A stretch of 64,000 nucleotides of DNA, taken from the NCBI GenBank assembly GCA_020848475.1, contig JADKZZ010000155.1, positions 4,652 to 68,651 of the forward strand. Direction: 5' to 3'. A program made the position numbers and the translations under genes. The stretch is from Chitinophagales bacterium. GTDB lineage: Bacteria > Bacteroidota > Bacteroidia > Chitinophagales > JADIYW01. Shown here piece by piece: positions 19,223 through 28,619 of this stretch (positions are counted from its first letter, which is position 1; each line of letters opens with the position of its first letter). The notes below the pieces were generated by a model. That model ran no database searches and had not been told where the DNA came from. It was given only the letters and a program-made list of their open reading frames with translations.

Positions 19223-19789
19223 ATGAAAAAAAAATCATTTTTTTTGGCAATCACAACAAGTATTTTGATTACAATTAGCTGCAAAAAGGAGCCACAAGCA
19301 ATTAACGAAGAAGAATTAATAAGCACAATGATTATTACTTTAAAAAAGAATAGTTCTTTATCCGTACAAAACTATATCTGGAATGATACTGATGGTATAG
19401 GTGGTATAGATGCGACAGTAGATAGTATTATTATAGACAAAGATGCTGAATACAATGCTTCCATTCTTTTATTAAATACACATAAAACACCGACAGACAC
19501 TATTTCAAATGAAGTATTGGAAGAAGGCACTACACATCAATTCTTTTATCAATCAACGCCAGCAAGCGCTTTAAGCAATTTTCAATATCAGGCACCGAAT
19601 GACACTGATGGCAATCCGATTGGTATAAATTTTAGATTTGAAACTATAGATGCTTCTAATACTGGCTTTTTAAAAATAATATTACGACATCACCCAAATA
19701 AATTAGGAAGTGGCGTTTCATCAGGTGACATTACAAATGCACAGGGCGAAACAGATATCGAAATAGAATTTCCCTTTCGTATTCAGTAA
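19223..19789 (+). CDS. lipoprotein of unknown function, 18 nt downstream of the TonB-dependent receptor
   Basis: 188-aa ORF with lipoprotein signal MKKKSFFLAITTSILITISC. I recognise no family. Confidence 0.6.
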   Translation: MKKKSFFLAITTSILITISCKKEPQAINEEELISTMIITLKKNSSLSVQNYIWNDTDGIGGIDATVDSIIIDKDAEYNASILLLNTHKTPTDTISNEVLEEGTTHQFFYQSTPASALSNFQYQAPNDTDGNPIGINFRFETIDASNTGFLKIILRHHPNKLGSGVSSGDITNAQGETDIEIEFPFRIQ

Positions 19790-19904
19790 TTATCACACTA
19801 AATCTATATACCAACTTATTTTTTTCTCACAATTACATTTTTTAACGCTCTTTTGTAATTTTTAATACATTCTAAACACTAATTTTACAACATAACAAAA
19901 TAGT

Positions 19905-22124
19905 ATGAATAGTAAAAAAGTATTATTGCCTGTTTTTCTTATGGCAATACTAAGTACAGCGAATGCGCAAACAACAAATGTTAAATCAGAAACAAAAGTA
20001 GCGCCGGTCAATAAACAAAAAACATCGGACAAAGCATTTACCAGACCTACGCTGGATAAAACAACAAAAGGACCTCAGTCTGTAAAACCGACAAAGCCAT
20101 ACATTATTAGCAATGATTCCTTATTAAAGAAAATGAAACCCATTTCTTATGTTAAAGATCCAGCTATCAAACTGACTGATTTCAGCAATAAAATAAAACC
20201 ACAAGAAGATTTCTTTGAATATGTCAATCAACGCTGGATAAAAACAAATCCAATTCCGGAAGACAAAGCGAGCTTTGGCATGTTTGAAAAATTAGAAGAA
20301 AAAAGCAAACTAGCTGTAAAACGAATATTAGAAAATGCTGCCAACGTAAAAATTAAGGCCGCTAAAGGCTCAAACACGCAAATTTTAGGCGACTTTTATA
20401 GAAATGCAATGGACACAGCTGCAATCAATAAAGTTGGTGTTCAGCCTTTGCAAACTTTGTTTACTGAAATTGAAAACGCAAAATCAACTAGTGCATTAAC
20501 AAAAATATTTTCAAAGCTAGGCATGCGCGACATCAACTCTCCTCTTGGTTATTATGTTGATGCTGATGCAAAAAATACATCTCGTTATATTATGTATATC
20601 AACCAAGGTGGATTAGGGTTGCCTGATAAAGATTTTTATTTCAGAAAAGATGAAAAGTCATTGAAAAATTTAGATGCATATCGCGAATATGTTAAAAATA
20701 TTTTTCAATTAGCAGGTCTTGACAAAACTAAATCTTCAAAAGAGCAAGCAAATAATGTAATGGAAATAGAAATGTTATTGGCTGCTGCTTCAAAATCAAG
20801 AGTAGAACTCAGAGATCCTGAAAAAAATTACAACCTATATACCATCGAAAAATTAAAACAAGATTTTAAACACATCGATTGGGATGCATTCTTTGCTGAA
20901 ATGAAAGTAGCACCTAAAGAAATTGTATTAGGACAACCATCATTTTACAAAACAGTTGACAGTATGTTCGCAAAAGTGCCACACGAAAAATGGGTATCTT
21001 ATATCGAGTTTCAATTAGTAAATGGAACAGCAAAACATTTGAATGAAGAATTAGTCAATGCAAGATTTAATTTTTATGGCAAAACATTAAGTGGCATTCT
21101 ACAACTAGAACCAAGATGGAAACGTGTAGCAGGTATTTCTGAGCAATACTTAAGAGATTTAATTGGACAAGAATATGTAAAATTAAACTTCTCTCCTAAA
21201 GCAAAAACTCGAGCGCATGAATTAGTTGAAAACATTAGAGCTGCTTTAAAAGAACGCATCAATGAACTCACTTGGATGAGCAGTGAAACAAAAATAAAAG
21301 CACAAGAAAAATTAGCAAAAATAGATGTAAAAGTTGGCTATCCTGATAAATGGTGGACATACGAAAACACAGATGTTAGCAATCAACCACATGTTTTAAA
21401 TGTCTTAAATGCAACATACGCTGAAAACTTAAGAATATTAGCTCGTTTAAGTCGCGAAAAAATAGACCGTACAGAATGGGGCATGGGCCCACAAACTGTA
21501 AATGCTTATTACAATCCTTTAAACAACGAAATCGTTTTTCCAGCAGCCATATTACAGCCTCCTTTCTTTTACGAAAACGCAGATGATGCAGTGAATTATG
21601 GTGGAATTGGCATGGTGATTGGTCATGAAATTACACATGGTTTTGATGACCAAGGTTGCCAGTTTGATGCTGACGGTAATTTAAAAAACTGGTGGACAGA
21701 CAAAGACAAAAAAAACTACGAAGAGTTAACTGCAAAATTTGTAAAACAATACAATGGCTACCATCCTTTTCCTAATGACAGCTTACACGTAAATGGTGAA
21801 TTGACACTAGGCGAAAACATTGCCGACTTAGGTGGTATGATTATTAGCTACAATGCCTTACAAAAAGCATTAGCAAAAAAAGCACAAGCACCAATAAACA
21901 GCTTAACACCTGACCAACGTTTCTTTATCAATTATGCTATCATTTGGAGAACAAGTATGCGACCAGAAGCCATGCGTATGCAGGTACTTTCAAACGAGCA
22001 CTCACCTGCTAAATTTAGAGTAAATGGCGTATTGTCTAACTTACCGATTTTCTACAAAGCATTTAATGTACAAGCTACAGATAAGATGTATAGAAAGGAA
22101 GAAGATAGAGCAAAAATGTGGTAA
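19905..22124 (+). CDS. M13 family zinc metallopeptidase (PepO / neprilysin / endothelin-converting-enzyme-like)
   Basis: 739-aa ORF with signal peptide, VIGHEITHGFDD (HExxH), GENIADLGG (third zinc ligand Glu) and a C-terminal ...W end typical of M13. Confidence 0.9.
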   Translation: MNSKKVLLPVFLMAILSTANAQTTNVKSETKVAPVNKQKTSDKAFTRPTLDKTTKGPQSVKPTKPYIISNDSLLKKMKPISYVKDPAIKLTDFSNKIKPQEDFFEYVNQRWIKTNPIPEDKASFGMFEKLEEKSKLAVKRILENAANVKIKAAKGSNTQILGDFYRNAMDTAAINKVGVQPLQTLFTEIENAKSTSALTKIFSKLGMRDINSPLGYYVDADAKNTSRYIMYINQGGLGLPDKDFYFRKDEKSLKNLDAYREYVKNIFQLAGLDKTKSSKEQANNVMEIEMLLAAASKSRVELRDPEKNYNLYTIEKLKQDFKHIDWDAFFAEMKVAPKEIVLGQPSFYKTVDSMFAKVPHEKWVSYIEFQLVNGTAKHLNEELVNARFNFYGKTLSGILQLEPRWKRVAGISEQYLRDLIGQEYVKLNFSPKAKTRAHELVENIRAALKERINELTWMSSETKIKAQEKLAKIDVKVGYPDKWWTYENTDVSNQPHVLNVLNATYAENLRILARLSREKIDRTEWGMGPQTVNAYYNPLNNEIVFPAAILQPPFFYENADDAVNYGGIGMVIGHEITHGFDDQGCQFDADGNLKNWWTDKDKKNYEELTAKFVKQYNGYHPFPNDSLHVNGELTLGENIADLGGMIISYNALQKALAKKAQAPINSLTPDQRFFINYAIIWRTSMRPEAMRMQVLSNEHSPAKFRVNGVLSNLPIFYKAFNVQATDKMYRKEEDRAKMW

Positions 22125-22140
22125 TTAATTTTATTGTTAT

Positions 22141-22176
22141 AAAAAAATGCCACCCATATTCGGTGGCATTTTTTGT
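22141..22176 (+). terminator. intrinsic terminator after the M13 peptidase gene
   Basis: Stem atgccacc / ggtggcat (22147-22154 / 22162-22169) followed by a T-run. Confidence 0.7.
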
Positions 22177-22217
22177 TTTGCAAAATGTGTAATTTTAATT
22201 TATTAAAACAACAATAT

Positions 22218-22811
22218 ATGTTTGAATTTGAGAAAGAATATATTTTAGAAAACGAGAGAGCATTACTGCGACCCTTGGCGAGGAATGACAAAGAACATTT
22301 ACTTACCTTTTCGATACACGAGCCTGAACTTTGGCAATACTCTGCTCAGCAAGCAGACAGCGAAGAAAACTTAGAAAAATATGTAAGCACCGCATTAGAG
22401 GCCAGAGAAAAACAGTCGGAATATCCGTTTATTATTTTTGATAAAAAAACGCAAGAATATGCAGGTAGCACACGATTTTACGACATACAAAACAAGCATA
22501 AAACTGCACAACTTGGCTATACTTGGTATGGAAAAAAATTTCAAAGAACTGGCTTAAACAGACACTGCAAATTATTAATGCTTAGCTTTGCCTTCGACAC
22601 CTTGCAATTTAATCGTATTGAATTTAGAGCCGACTTGAGAAATAAAAAAAGCATTGCAGCGATGAAAGCAATTGGCTGTAAAGAAGAAGGCGTTTTGCGT
22701 CAGCATTTACAACTAGCAAATAATGTATGTCGCGACAGCATCATCTTAAGTATCTTGCGAGAAGAATGGCTTTATGAAGTAAAAGAAAATCTATTGAAAA
22801 AAATTTATTAA
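22218..22811 (+). CDS. GNAT family N-acetyltransferase (RimJ/RimL-like)
   Basis: The LRPL...D N-terminal motif, the GYTWYGKKFQRTGLN acetyl-CoA-binding-like block and RIEFRAD match the RimJ/L-like GNAT pattern. The start is moved to MFEFEKEY (22218) because the track start at 22173 lies inside the upstream terminator. Confidence 0.75.
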   Translation: MFEFEKEYILENERALLRPLARNDKEHLLTFSIHEPELWQYSAQQADSEENLEKYVSTALEAREKQSEYPFIIFDKKTQEYAGSTRFYDIQNKHKTAQLGYTWYGKKFQRTGLNRHCKLLMLSFAFDTLQFNRIEFRADLRNKKSIAAMKAIGCKEEGVLRQHLQLANNVCRDSIILSILREEWLYEVKENLLKKIY

Positions 22812-22816
22812 ACAAT

Positions 22817-23791
22817 TTAAGGCACTCTTACATAACTACCGGTAATACTGCCGTAGCCACCCCAAATACCTAATGCACCTTGTATGTTGGACTTCACATA
22901 TACAACAGAGCTAAATGGATTGCCATTGCTTTGACGGTTAGCTTCTAATGTGCGCCAAAAATCATAATGTGGTTTATCTATCATCGAAAGTTTAATCGTG
23001 CAAATAGAGTCATTCAAATCCCAGTATCCTGCCCGATTAAAATCTGTGCTTCCCATTGTGCCAACTGGGTGCCCTTTAGGTATAAATATTTGAAATTTTT
23101 TGCCGTTAAAAAATGCATCGTCAAATACGGATTGACTACTAATTAAAAATGGTTCATTGTCCGCTTTAGTAAAATAGCGATAATAATTTCCTAATTCGAT
23201 TGGGTCATTCAATCTTCCATACACTTGATAAAATGAATCTGCCAAAACAGGATTGGGATGTGGTAAAATCCAAAGTGAATCAAAAAAAACAGGCGTAGGA
23301 ATAGTTGTTGTGGAAGTAATTATTTTGCCATCTAATTCGATACGTAAATTGTATTGTTTGCCTACTTGCCCAACAAAATCGGCATCTGCAAGACCAACAG
23401 TATAAATACTTATTTCTGGAAATTGTGCAGCACTATCAATTTGCAATCCAAATTGTGCTGCCATCGCCACCACTACTGAATCTGGTAATGTTTGTACGAA
23501 TGCAGAATTATATTCTACTAATTGAACGGAATCATTATCTGTAATTACTGTTATTGTTGCACCACTAATAAAATAAGCACCAAGGTCATTGATATTGATA
23601 TCGCCGAAGAAAGGTGAATTTTTTGTAAGCAATACATATGGTGGCATGCCATTTTCAATATGGCCTTCTACAATTATTGCATTTTTAGGAGCACTTGTTT
23701 TTAATTTAATTTCTTTCTCGCATGAAACCAACATATTGACTACTCCAAACACAGTCAGCACATAAAATAATATTTGTAGTTTCTGTTTCAT
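22817..23791 (-). CDS. DUF4249 family lipoprotein, the usual partner of CarboxypepD_reg-type TonB-dependent receptors
   Basis: 324-aa ORF with lipoprotein signal ...VVNMLVSC, starting 2 nt after the receptor gene stop. The size, the N-terminal IIVEGHI...PPYVLLTKN block and the position directly behind such a receptor match my memory of DUF4249. Confidence 0.6.
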   Translation of the reverse strand: MKQKLQILFYVLTVFGVVNMLVSCEKEIKLKTSAPKNAIIVEGHIENGMPPYVLLTKNSPFFGDININDLGAYFISGATITVITDNDSVQLVEYNSAFVQTLPDSVVVAMAAQFGLQIDSAAQFPEISIYTVGLADADFVGQVGKQYNLRIELDGKIITSTTTIPTPVFFDSLWILPHPNPVLADSFYQVYGRLNDPIELGNYYRYFTKADNEPFLISSQSVFDDAFFNGKKFQIFIPKGHPVGTMGSTDFNRAGYWDLNDSICTIKLSMIDKPHYDFWRTLEANRQSNGNPFSSVVYVKSNIQGALGIWGGYGSITGSYVRVP

Positions 23792-23793
23792 GT

Positions 23794-26187
23794 CTAAAAT
23801 TTAAAATTCCAAGTGAACGATGGTATTACTGGAAAAAGTGAAACATTAATAGGTGTAAATTTCAAATTGCCACTCACTAAACTTCCTTCCGTTTTATAGT
23901 AAATGAAGTATGTATTCTTTCTATTGTACACATTGTAGATTGAAATATTATAGCTGGAACGCCATCTCCTATTGGGCTTGCGCTTTGGTATAGGCGTGTA
24001 TGTCAATGAAAAATCCATACGATGATATGCAGGCACACGATAGGTATTTCTACCGCCATAGCCTGTTACAAAACCAAACTCAATAAAATATAATTCATTA
24101 GGCAAAGTAATTGCATTGCCTGTTGCATAGACCCAAGTTGCGCCTACGCTCCATTCTTTGCTAATGTCATAATTAAGATTAATAGACAAGTCATGTGTTC
24201 TGTCATACTTTGCTGGAAACACTTTTCCGTTATTCAAATCAGGAAATTTTCTATCACTACGCGACAAAGTATAGCCAATCCAGCCATTTAATTTTCCACT
24301 TCGTTTTTTTAGAAAAAATTCGGCGCCATACGCTTTACCTTTACCATAAACATACCCTAATTCTTGATCGACATTTAATTCTTGTACATACGATTCGCTA
24401 TAATCAATTTGATTCCAGAGATGTTTAAAATACACTTCTATTGAAGCTTCAAACATATTATCTTTAAAATTTTTGAAGTAACCTAGTGAGTATTGCAATG
24501 CCATTTGTGGTTTTACCATGGAAGAACTTTGCACCCAAATATCAGTTGGCAATGTACTATTTGAGTTAGACACTAAATGAATGTATTGATAGTTTAAACC
24601 AGCGCCTGCTTTTATAGAATTATTTTTTCCGAATGCGTAGCGCATGCTAAAGCGAGGTTCTGGACCAACATAGGTTTTTATAGGTTTGCTGCGTTTGTAA
24701 GTAAGCGTATCGTAGCCAATAATATTATCACCTGTAATGCTTTTATATGGTCCTATGTGTTGAAACATACTCAATCTAAATCCAAAATCAAATTTTAAAT
24801 GTTCATTGACATCAAACTCATGATCGATATACCAAGCAAATTCGCTTGAATAACGTTTATTTTGATTGGATTCAAAATCGGTATCACCACTACGTGCAGA
24901 TGCTTGTGTTGGTGTCATTCTATGATGTGTATAATTCATACCAAATTTTAATTTGTGTTTGGTATTGATGTAATAATCAAAATCAACTTTTGCATTATAA
25001 TCGCGAACGCCTGATTTTGCTTTAAATCCAAAATCTAATTGTTCACCAGTAAAGCTAAATTGATAGTCATTGAATACAAACGACATATTCATAAATATTT
25101 TGTCGTTAAATAGATGGTTGTAACGCACTGTAGCAGTTGCATTTCCCCATGGAATTTTAACCTTAGTGGCATTCTTTTGTGAATTATAAACAAAAACATC
25201 ACGACCAAAATAAGCACTGATATACAATCTATCTTTATCAGAAAATTGATAATTTGCTTTAATATTCAAATCATAGAAGTAATAATTAGTGCCAGCAAAG
25301 TCTGTTTTTTTTATAAATGGCTGCGCAATATCGAATGCATAAGTACGTCGTCCAGAAATTAAAAATGAGCCTTTGGCCGTTTTTTCTGATTTAGGTTTTT
25401 TAAATGGACCTTGCAAAGTTAGTCGAGAAGAAATAATGCCTATGCCACCCTCCATTTCGAATCGTTTGTTATTGCCTTCTTTCATTTGAATATCAATTAC
25501 AGAAGAAAGACGACCACCATAGTTTGCTGGCATTGTACCTTTGTATAAAGTGGTATTTTTTACTGCATCTGGATTAAATACAGAGAAGAAGCCAAACAAA
25601 TGACCTGTGTTATAAACGATGGCATCATCGAGTAATACTAAGTTCTGGTCAGGGCCACCTCCGCGCACGTAAATGCCTGAATTTCCTTCACCAGCAGCTT
25701 GCACACCTGGCATTAATTGAATTGCTTTGATGATATCGACTTCGCCCATGAAAGCAGGAATTGATTTAATTCTATCTGTAGAAAGTTCTTCTTTTCCCAT
25801 GAAGGTACTCTTCACATTCTCATCTTTACGTTCATCAACAATGACAACTTCATCTAATGTTTTTGAATCGTCAGACAATTCAAGATTGACACGTGTATCT
25901 TTCTCCAAAACAATATCTTGGATTTTAGTATTGTATCCTAAATAAGAAAAAGCAATTTGATAATTTCCTTTTGGCAAAGACAAAGAATAAAATCCATATA
26001 GATTTGTTGTTGCTCCTAATGCATTATTGCCTTGTACATACACATTTGCACCAATTAATACTTCTCCATTTTTTGCATCTTTCAAAAAACCGCTAAGCGT
26101 AAATTTTTCAATTTTTTCATCTTGAGTATATCCAGCAAGTGGGCACAGAAAAAGCAAGCAGTAAAGAATTATAGTGTATTGAGTCAT
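23794..26187 (-). CDS. TonB-dependent receptor with CarboxypepD_reg-like domain and plug
   Basis: 797-aa ORF with a signal peptide and LSGFLKDAKNGEVLIGANVYV (CarboxypepD_reg). The plug is DIIKAIQLMPGVQAAGEGNSGIYVRGGGPDQNLVLLDDAIVYN, and the barrel ends ...TWNFKF. Confidence 0.85.
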   Translation of the reverse strand: MTQYTIILYCLLFLCPLAGYTQDEKIEKFTLSGFLKDAKNGEVLIGANVYVQGNNALGATTNLYGFYSLSLPKGNYQIAFSYLGYNTKIQDIVLEKDTRVNLELSDDSKTLDEVVIVDERKDENVKSTFMGKEELSTDRIKSIPAFMGEVDIIKAIQLMPGVQAAGEGNSGIYVRGGGPDQNLVLLDDAIVYNTGHLFGFFSVFNPDAVKNTTLYKGTMPANYGGRLSSVIDIQMKEGNNKRFEMEGGIGIISSRLTLQGPFKKPKSEKTAKGSFLISGRRTYAFDIAQPFIKKTDFAGTNYYFYDLNIKANYQFSDKDRLYISAYFGRDVFVYNSQKNATKVKIPWGNATATVRYNHLFNDKIFMNMSFVFNDYQFSFTGEQLDFGFKAKSGVRDYNAKVDFDYYINTKHKLKFGMNYTHHRMTPTQASARSGDTDFESNQNKRYSSEFAWYIDHEFDVNEHLKFDFGFRLSMFQHIGPYKSITGDNIIGYDTLTYKRSKPIKTYVGPEPRFSMRYAFGKNNSIKAGAGLNYQYIHLVSNSNSTLPTDIWVQSSSMVKPQMALQYSLGYFKNFKDNMFEASIEVYFKHLWNQIDYSESYVQELNVDQELGYVYGKGKAYGAEFFLKKRSGKLNGWIGYTLSRSDRKFPDLNNGKVFPAKYDRTHDLSINLNYDISKEWSVGATWVYATGNAITLPNELYFIEFGFVTGYGGRNTYRVPAYHRMDFSLTYTPIPKRKPNRRWRSSYNISIYNVYNRKNTYFIYYKTEGSLVSGNLKFTPINVSLFPVIPSFTWNFKF

Positions 26188-26233
26188 TAATCTATTGATT
26201 GGCTAAAAATAAGCATATGCCTGCATAAATCAT

Positions 26234-27862
26234 TTATTCTTTAATTATTTTTTTTATGAATACACCTTTATCTGTAGTTATTTGCAACAAATACATGCCA
26301 GTGCTTAAATAAGAAAAATCAAGCATATTATTTGTTGGTGTATAGGCTGAATATACCATTTGTCCTACGCTATTCATCAATTGAATGGATTGCAAGTTGG
26401 CATTTCCATTACACTGTACAGCAAGTATATTTTGAAATGGATTTGGGAAAATATGGATATCATCAATAATAGATTTTGTAGAGACAAATGTTGGATTCGC
26501 TAATAAATCATACGCTTTTTTAAAATCAGGAATTCCGTATCCTATTCGTTTGTCAGGTGTAAGGTATTGTGATGCACTTTGTTCGATGGCTGTTTTAATT
26601 TCCCAATTTGTTTTAGTAGGAAAAGCCTGCCATAAACAAGCGGCTAGGCCTGCTAATTGTGGTGTAGCATAAGAGGTGCCACCGCCAGAAGATACATTGC
26701 CTGCATCATTCAAATATTTTGCCGACACGCCCATCGCTGCTACATTAGGTTTTACGCGTGCATCATTGGGCAAGCCATAAGCACTAGAACCAGCAACAAC
26801 ACCATTGATATCAACAGACGCAATACAAAATGCGCTATCTGCATCTGATGGTGTAGAAATATATTTCCATGGTTTAAGACCTTCATTGCCCGCAGCCACA
26901 CATACTAAGATTCCTTTGCTCGATGCCATATTTACGGCTTTAGCAGCTGGTGTGCTATTATTACGCAGGTCTGTCGTATCATGGTTTTCCGATGCGACGT
27001 CAAACGTAGTATAACCTAAAGAAATACTGACGACATCGACACCTAATTGATTACAACGTTCTAACGCACTAGCCAAATTGAACTCTTCTTGCAGGCGTTC
27101 TGAATTGTTATTTTCTGTTTGAAAAAGATAGTATGATGATTTTGTTGCCGTGCCAATATATTGGCTATCTTTCATTCCAGCAATAAAGGAAAAGCAGTTG
27201 GTGCCGTGTTTTCCGTTTGTATCATCATGTACAGTTGAGTCATTATTTACAAAATCGTATGTACCTAAAAGTCGATTATCTGCCATGAGCGCTGTATAAG
27301 CAGGATTGTTATAAACGTTATAAAATCCGTTATCACAAATGGCAATCGTCATATTCTCGCCATTAAAACCTTGCTCATGCAAATATTCGCCATGTAACAA
27401 ATTCACTTGTGGAAAGGAAGATGTATATTGATCTTCAAATGCTAATTCATCTTCATTACCAACACAAGCATCTTGCGTTGCTACTGACATTGTATTTTTA
27501 TGTGATTTTGCCGTTTCAATTTTTACAATTGATGCAATAAAAGGAAATTGTGCTATCGTTGCTATTTTTTTATCATCAACACGTATTAATGCAGCGTTTA
27601 GCCAATTTGTTGTATGCAGAATTATGGCATTGTTTTGTTTTAACTGTTCGATATAGTTAGCGTTAACAGGATAATCACGTTCGTCGAATGGAATATTAAA
27701 CCTATTGCGTTGTTGGATTGCTTTCGTATTAAACAAAGCTTTTACATTGATATCAAATATTTTATCTTTAAAATAGATGATATATTTAGACGTATTGGTT
27801 TTTGCCTGCATAGAAAATACAGCAATAAAAGACAATATGATTAGGAATTTACTCTTTGCCAT
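26234..27862 (-). CDS. S8 family serine peptidase (subtilase) with T9SS type-A C-terminal sorting domain
   Basis: Catalytic triad blocks are IAICDNG (Asp), HGTNCFS (His) and GGGTSYATPQLAG (Ser). The C-terminal ~80 aa (IHIFPNPFQN...GMYLLQITTDKGVFIKKIIKE) looks like a T9SS CTD. The start is placed at MAKSKFLIILSF (27862), which overlaps the upstream gene by 14 nt. The track start is 27925. Confidence 0.85.
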   Translation of the reverse strand: MAKSKFLIILSFIAVFSMQAKTNTSKYIIYFKDKIFDINVKALFNTKAIQQRNRFNIPFDERDYPVNANYIEQLKQNNAIILHTTNWLNAALIRVDDKKIATIAQFPFIASIVKIETAKSHKNTMSVATQDACVGNEDELAFEDQYTSSFPQVNLLHGEYLHEQGFNGENMTIAICDNGFYNVYNNPAYTALMADNRLLGTYDFVNNDSTVHDDTNGKHGTNCFSFIAGMKDSQYIGTATKSSYYLFQTENNNSERLQEEFNLASALERCNQLGVDVVSISLGYTTFDVASENHDTTDLRNNSTPAAKAVNMASSKGILVCVAAGNEGLKPWKYISTPSDADSAFCIASVDINGVVAGSSAYGLPNDARVKPNVAAMGVSAKYLNDAGNVSSGGGTSYATPQLAGLAACLWQAFPTKTNWEIKTAIEQSASQYLTPDKRIGYGIPDFKKAYDLLANPTFVSTKSIIDDIHIFPNPFQNILAVQCNGNANLQSIQLMNSVGQMVYSAYTPTNNMLDFSYLSTGMYLLQITTDKGVFIKKIIKE

Positions 27863-28589
27863 AATCGATTGCGTATTGTCGTAAAATAAATCCTTTTTCT
27901 GCTCTGTCTTCCCATGGAGCGCCAATATTTATTTGACCTTCCACCAGCCAAAATTCTTTATACACCATTCCAATACTGCGAGCATATCTTTCTGCCGAAT
28001 AGGTTTTGGTAATCGCTGTAGAATCTTGAATATGTGTAATCAACAAGGTTGAATCAAATATTCGAGTGCCATTATTGTAATAGATATCTCGTGCTTTTAT
28101 GGTGTATTTCCAATCGTAGAGAAAATAATTAACCGTATCTAAAACAAAAGGAGGTGGCACGGTGATAAATTTATTACCTAACCACTTTAATCCGACATCA
28201 TTCGGGAAAACCATTTTTATATAACGTAGATTATCTTCGACGCGCTCCGCTACAAGATTTGTTTTTACTAAGTAATCTACATTAAAAATTTCCCAGTTTG
28301 TTGTAAGCGAGTCTGCATAATAGCGTAATATTTTATTGGCAGTTCTACCTAAATTATCTACAAACTGCTCTCCTATTTTTTCTTTTAAATACACAGTATT
28401 GTAGCGTCTTGAATTATCAAAATCATTAAACAACACAGAGTCCACTTTATAAATGACAAAGTTGCCATATTCGTTTGGGAAATAATCATAACCAATATCA
28501 TATTTGCTAACATCTGTTTCTTTTTTACAAGATATTATAGCAATAAGTGTAAAGCAAAAAAAAAGGAATATGGTAAATTTATATTTCAC
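27849..28589 (-). CDS. lipoprotein, unrecognised family (paralogue A)
   Basis: 246-aa ORF with lipobox ...LIAIISCKKET. It is collinear with the neighbouring ORF through shared blocks GYDYFP, YKVDSVLFNDF, EQFVDNLGR, AERVEDNLRYIK, IGMVYKEFW and GFILRQYAIDYGKE. Confidence 0.6.
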   Translation of the reverse strand: MKYKFTIFLFFCFTLIAIISCKKETDVSKYDIGYDYFPNEYGNFVIYKVDSVLFNDFDNSRRYNTVYLKEKIGEQFVDNLGRTANKILRYYADSLTTNWEIFNVDYLVKTNLVAERVEDNLRYIKMVFPNDVGLKWLGNKFITVPPPFVLDTVNYFLYDWKYTIKARDIYYNNGTRIFDSTLLITHIQDSTAITKTYSAERYARSIGMVYKEFWLVEGQINIGAPWEDRAEKGFILRQYAIDYGKE

Positions 28590-28619
28590 TAATAAAAAAA
28601 ATTAATTGCAGTAAACATT

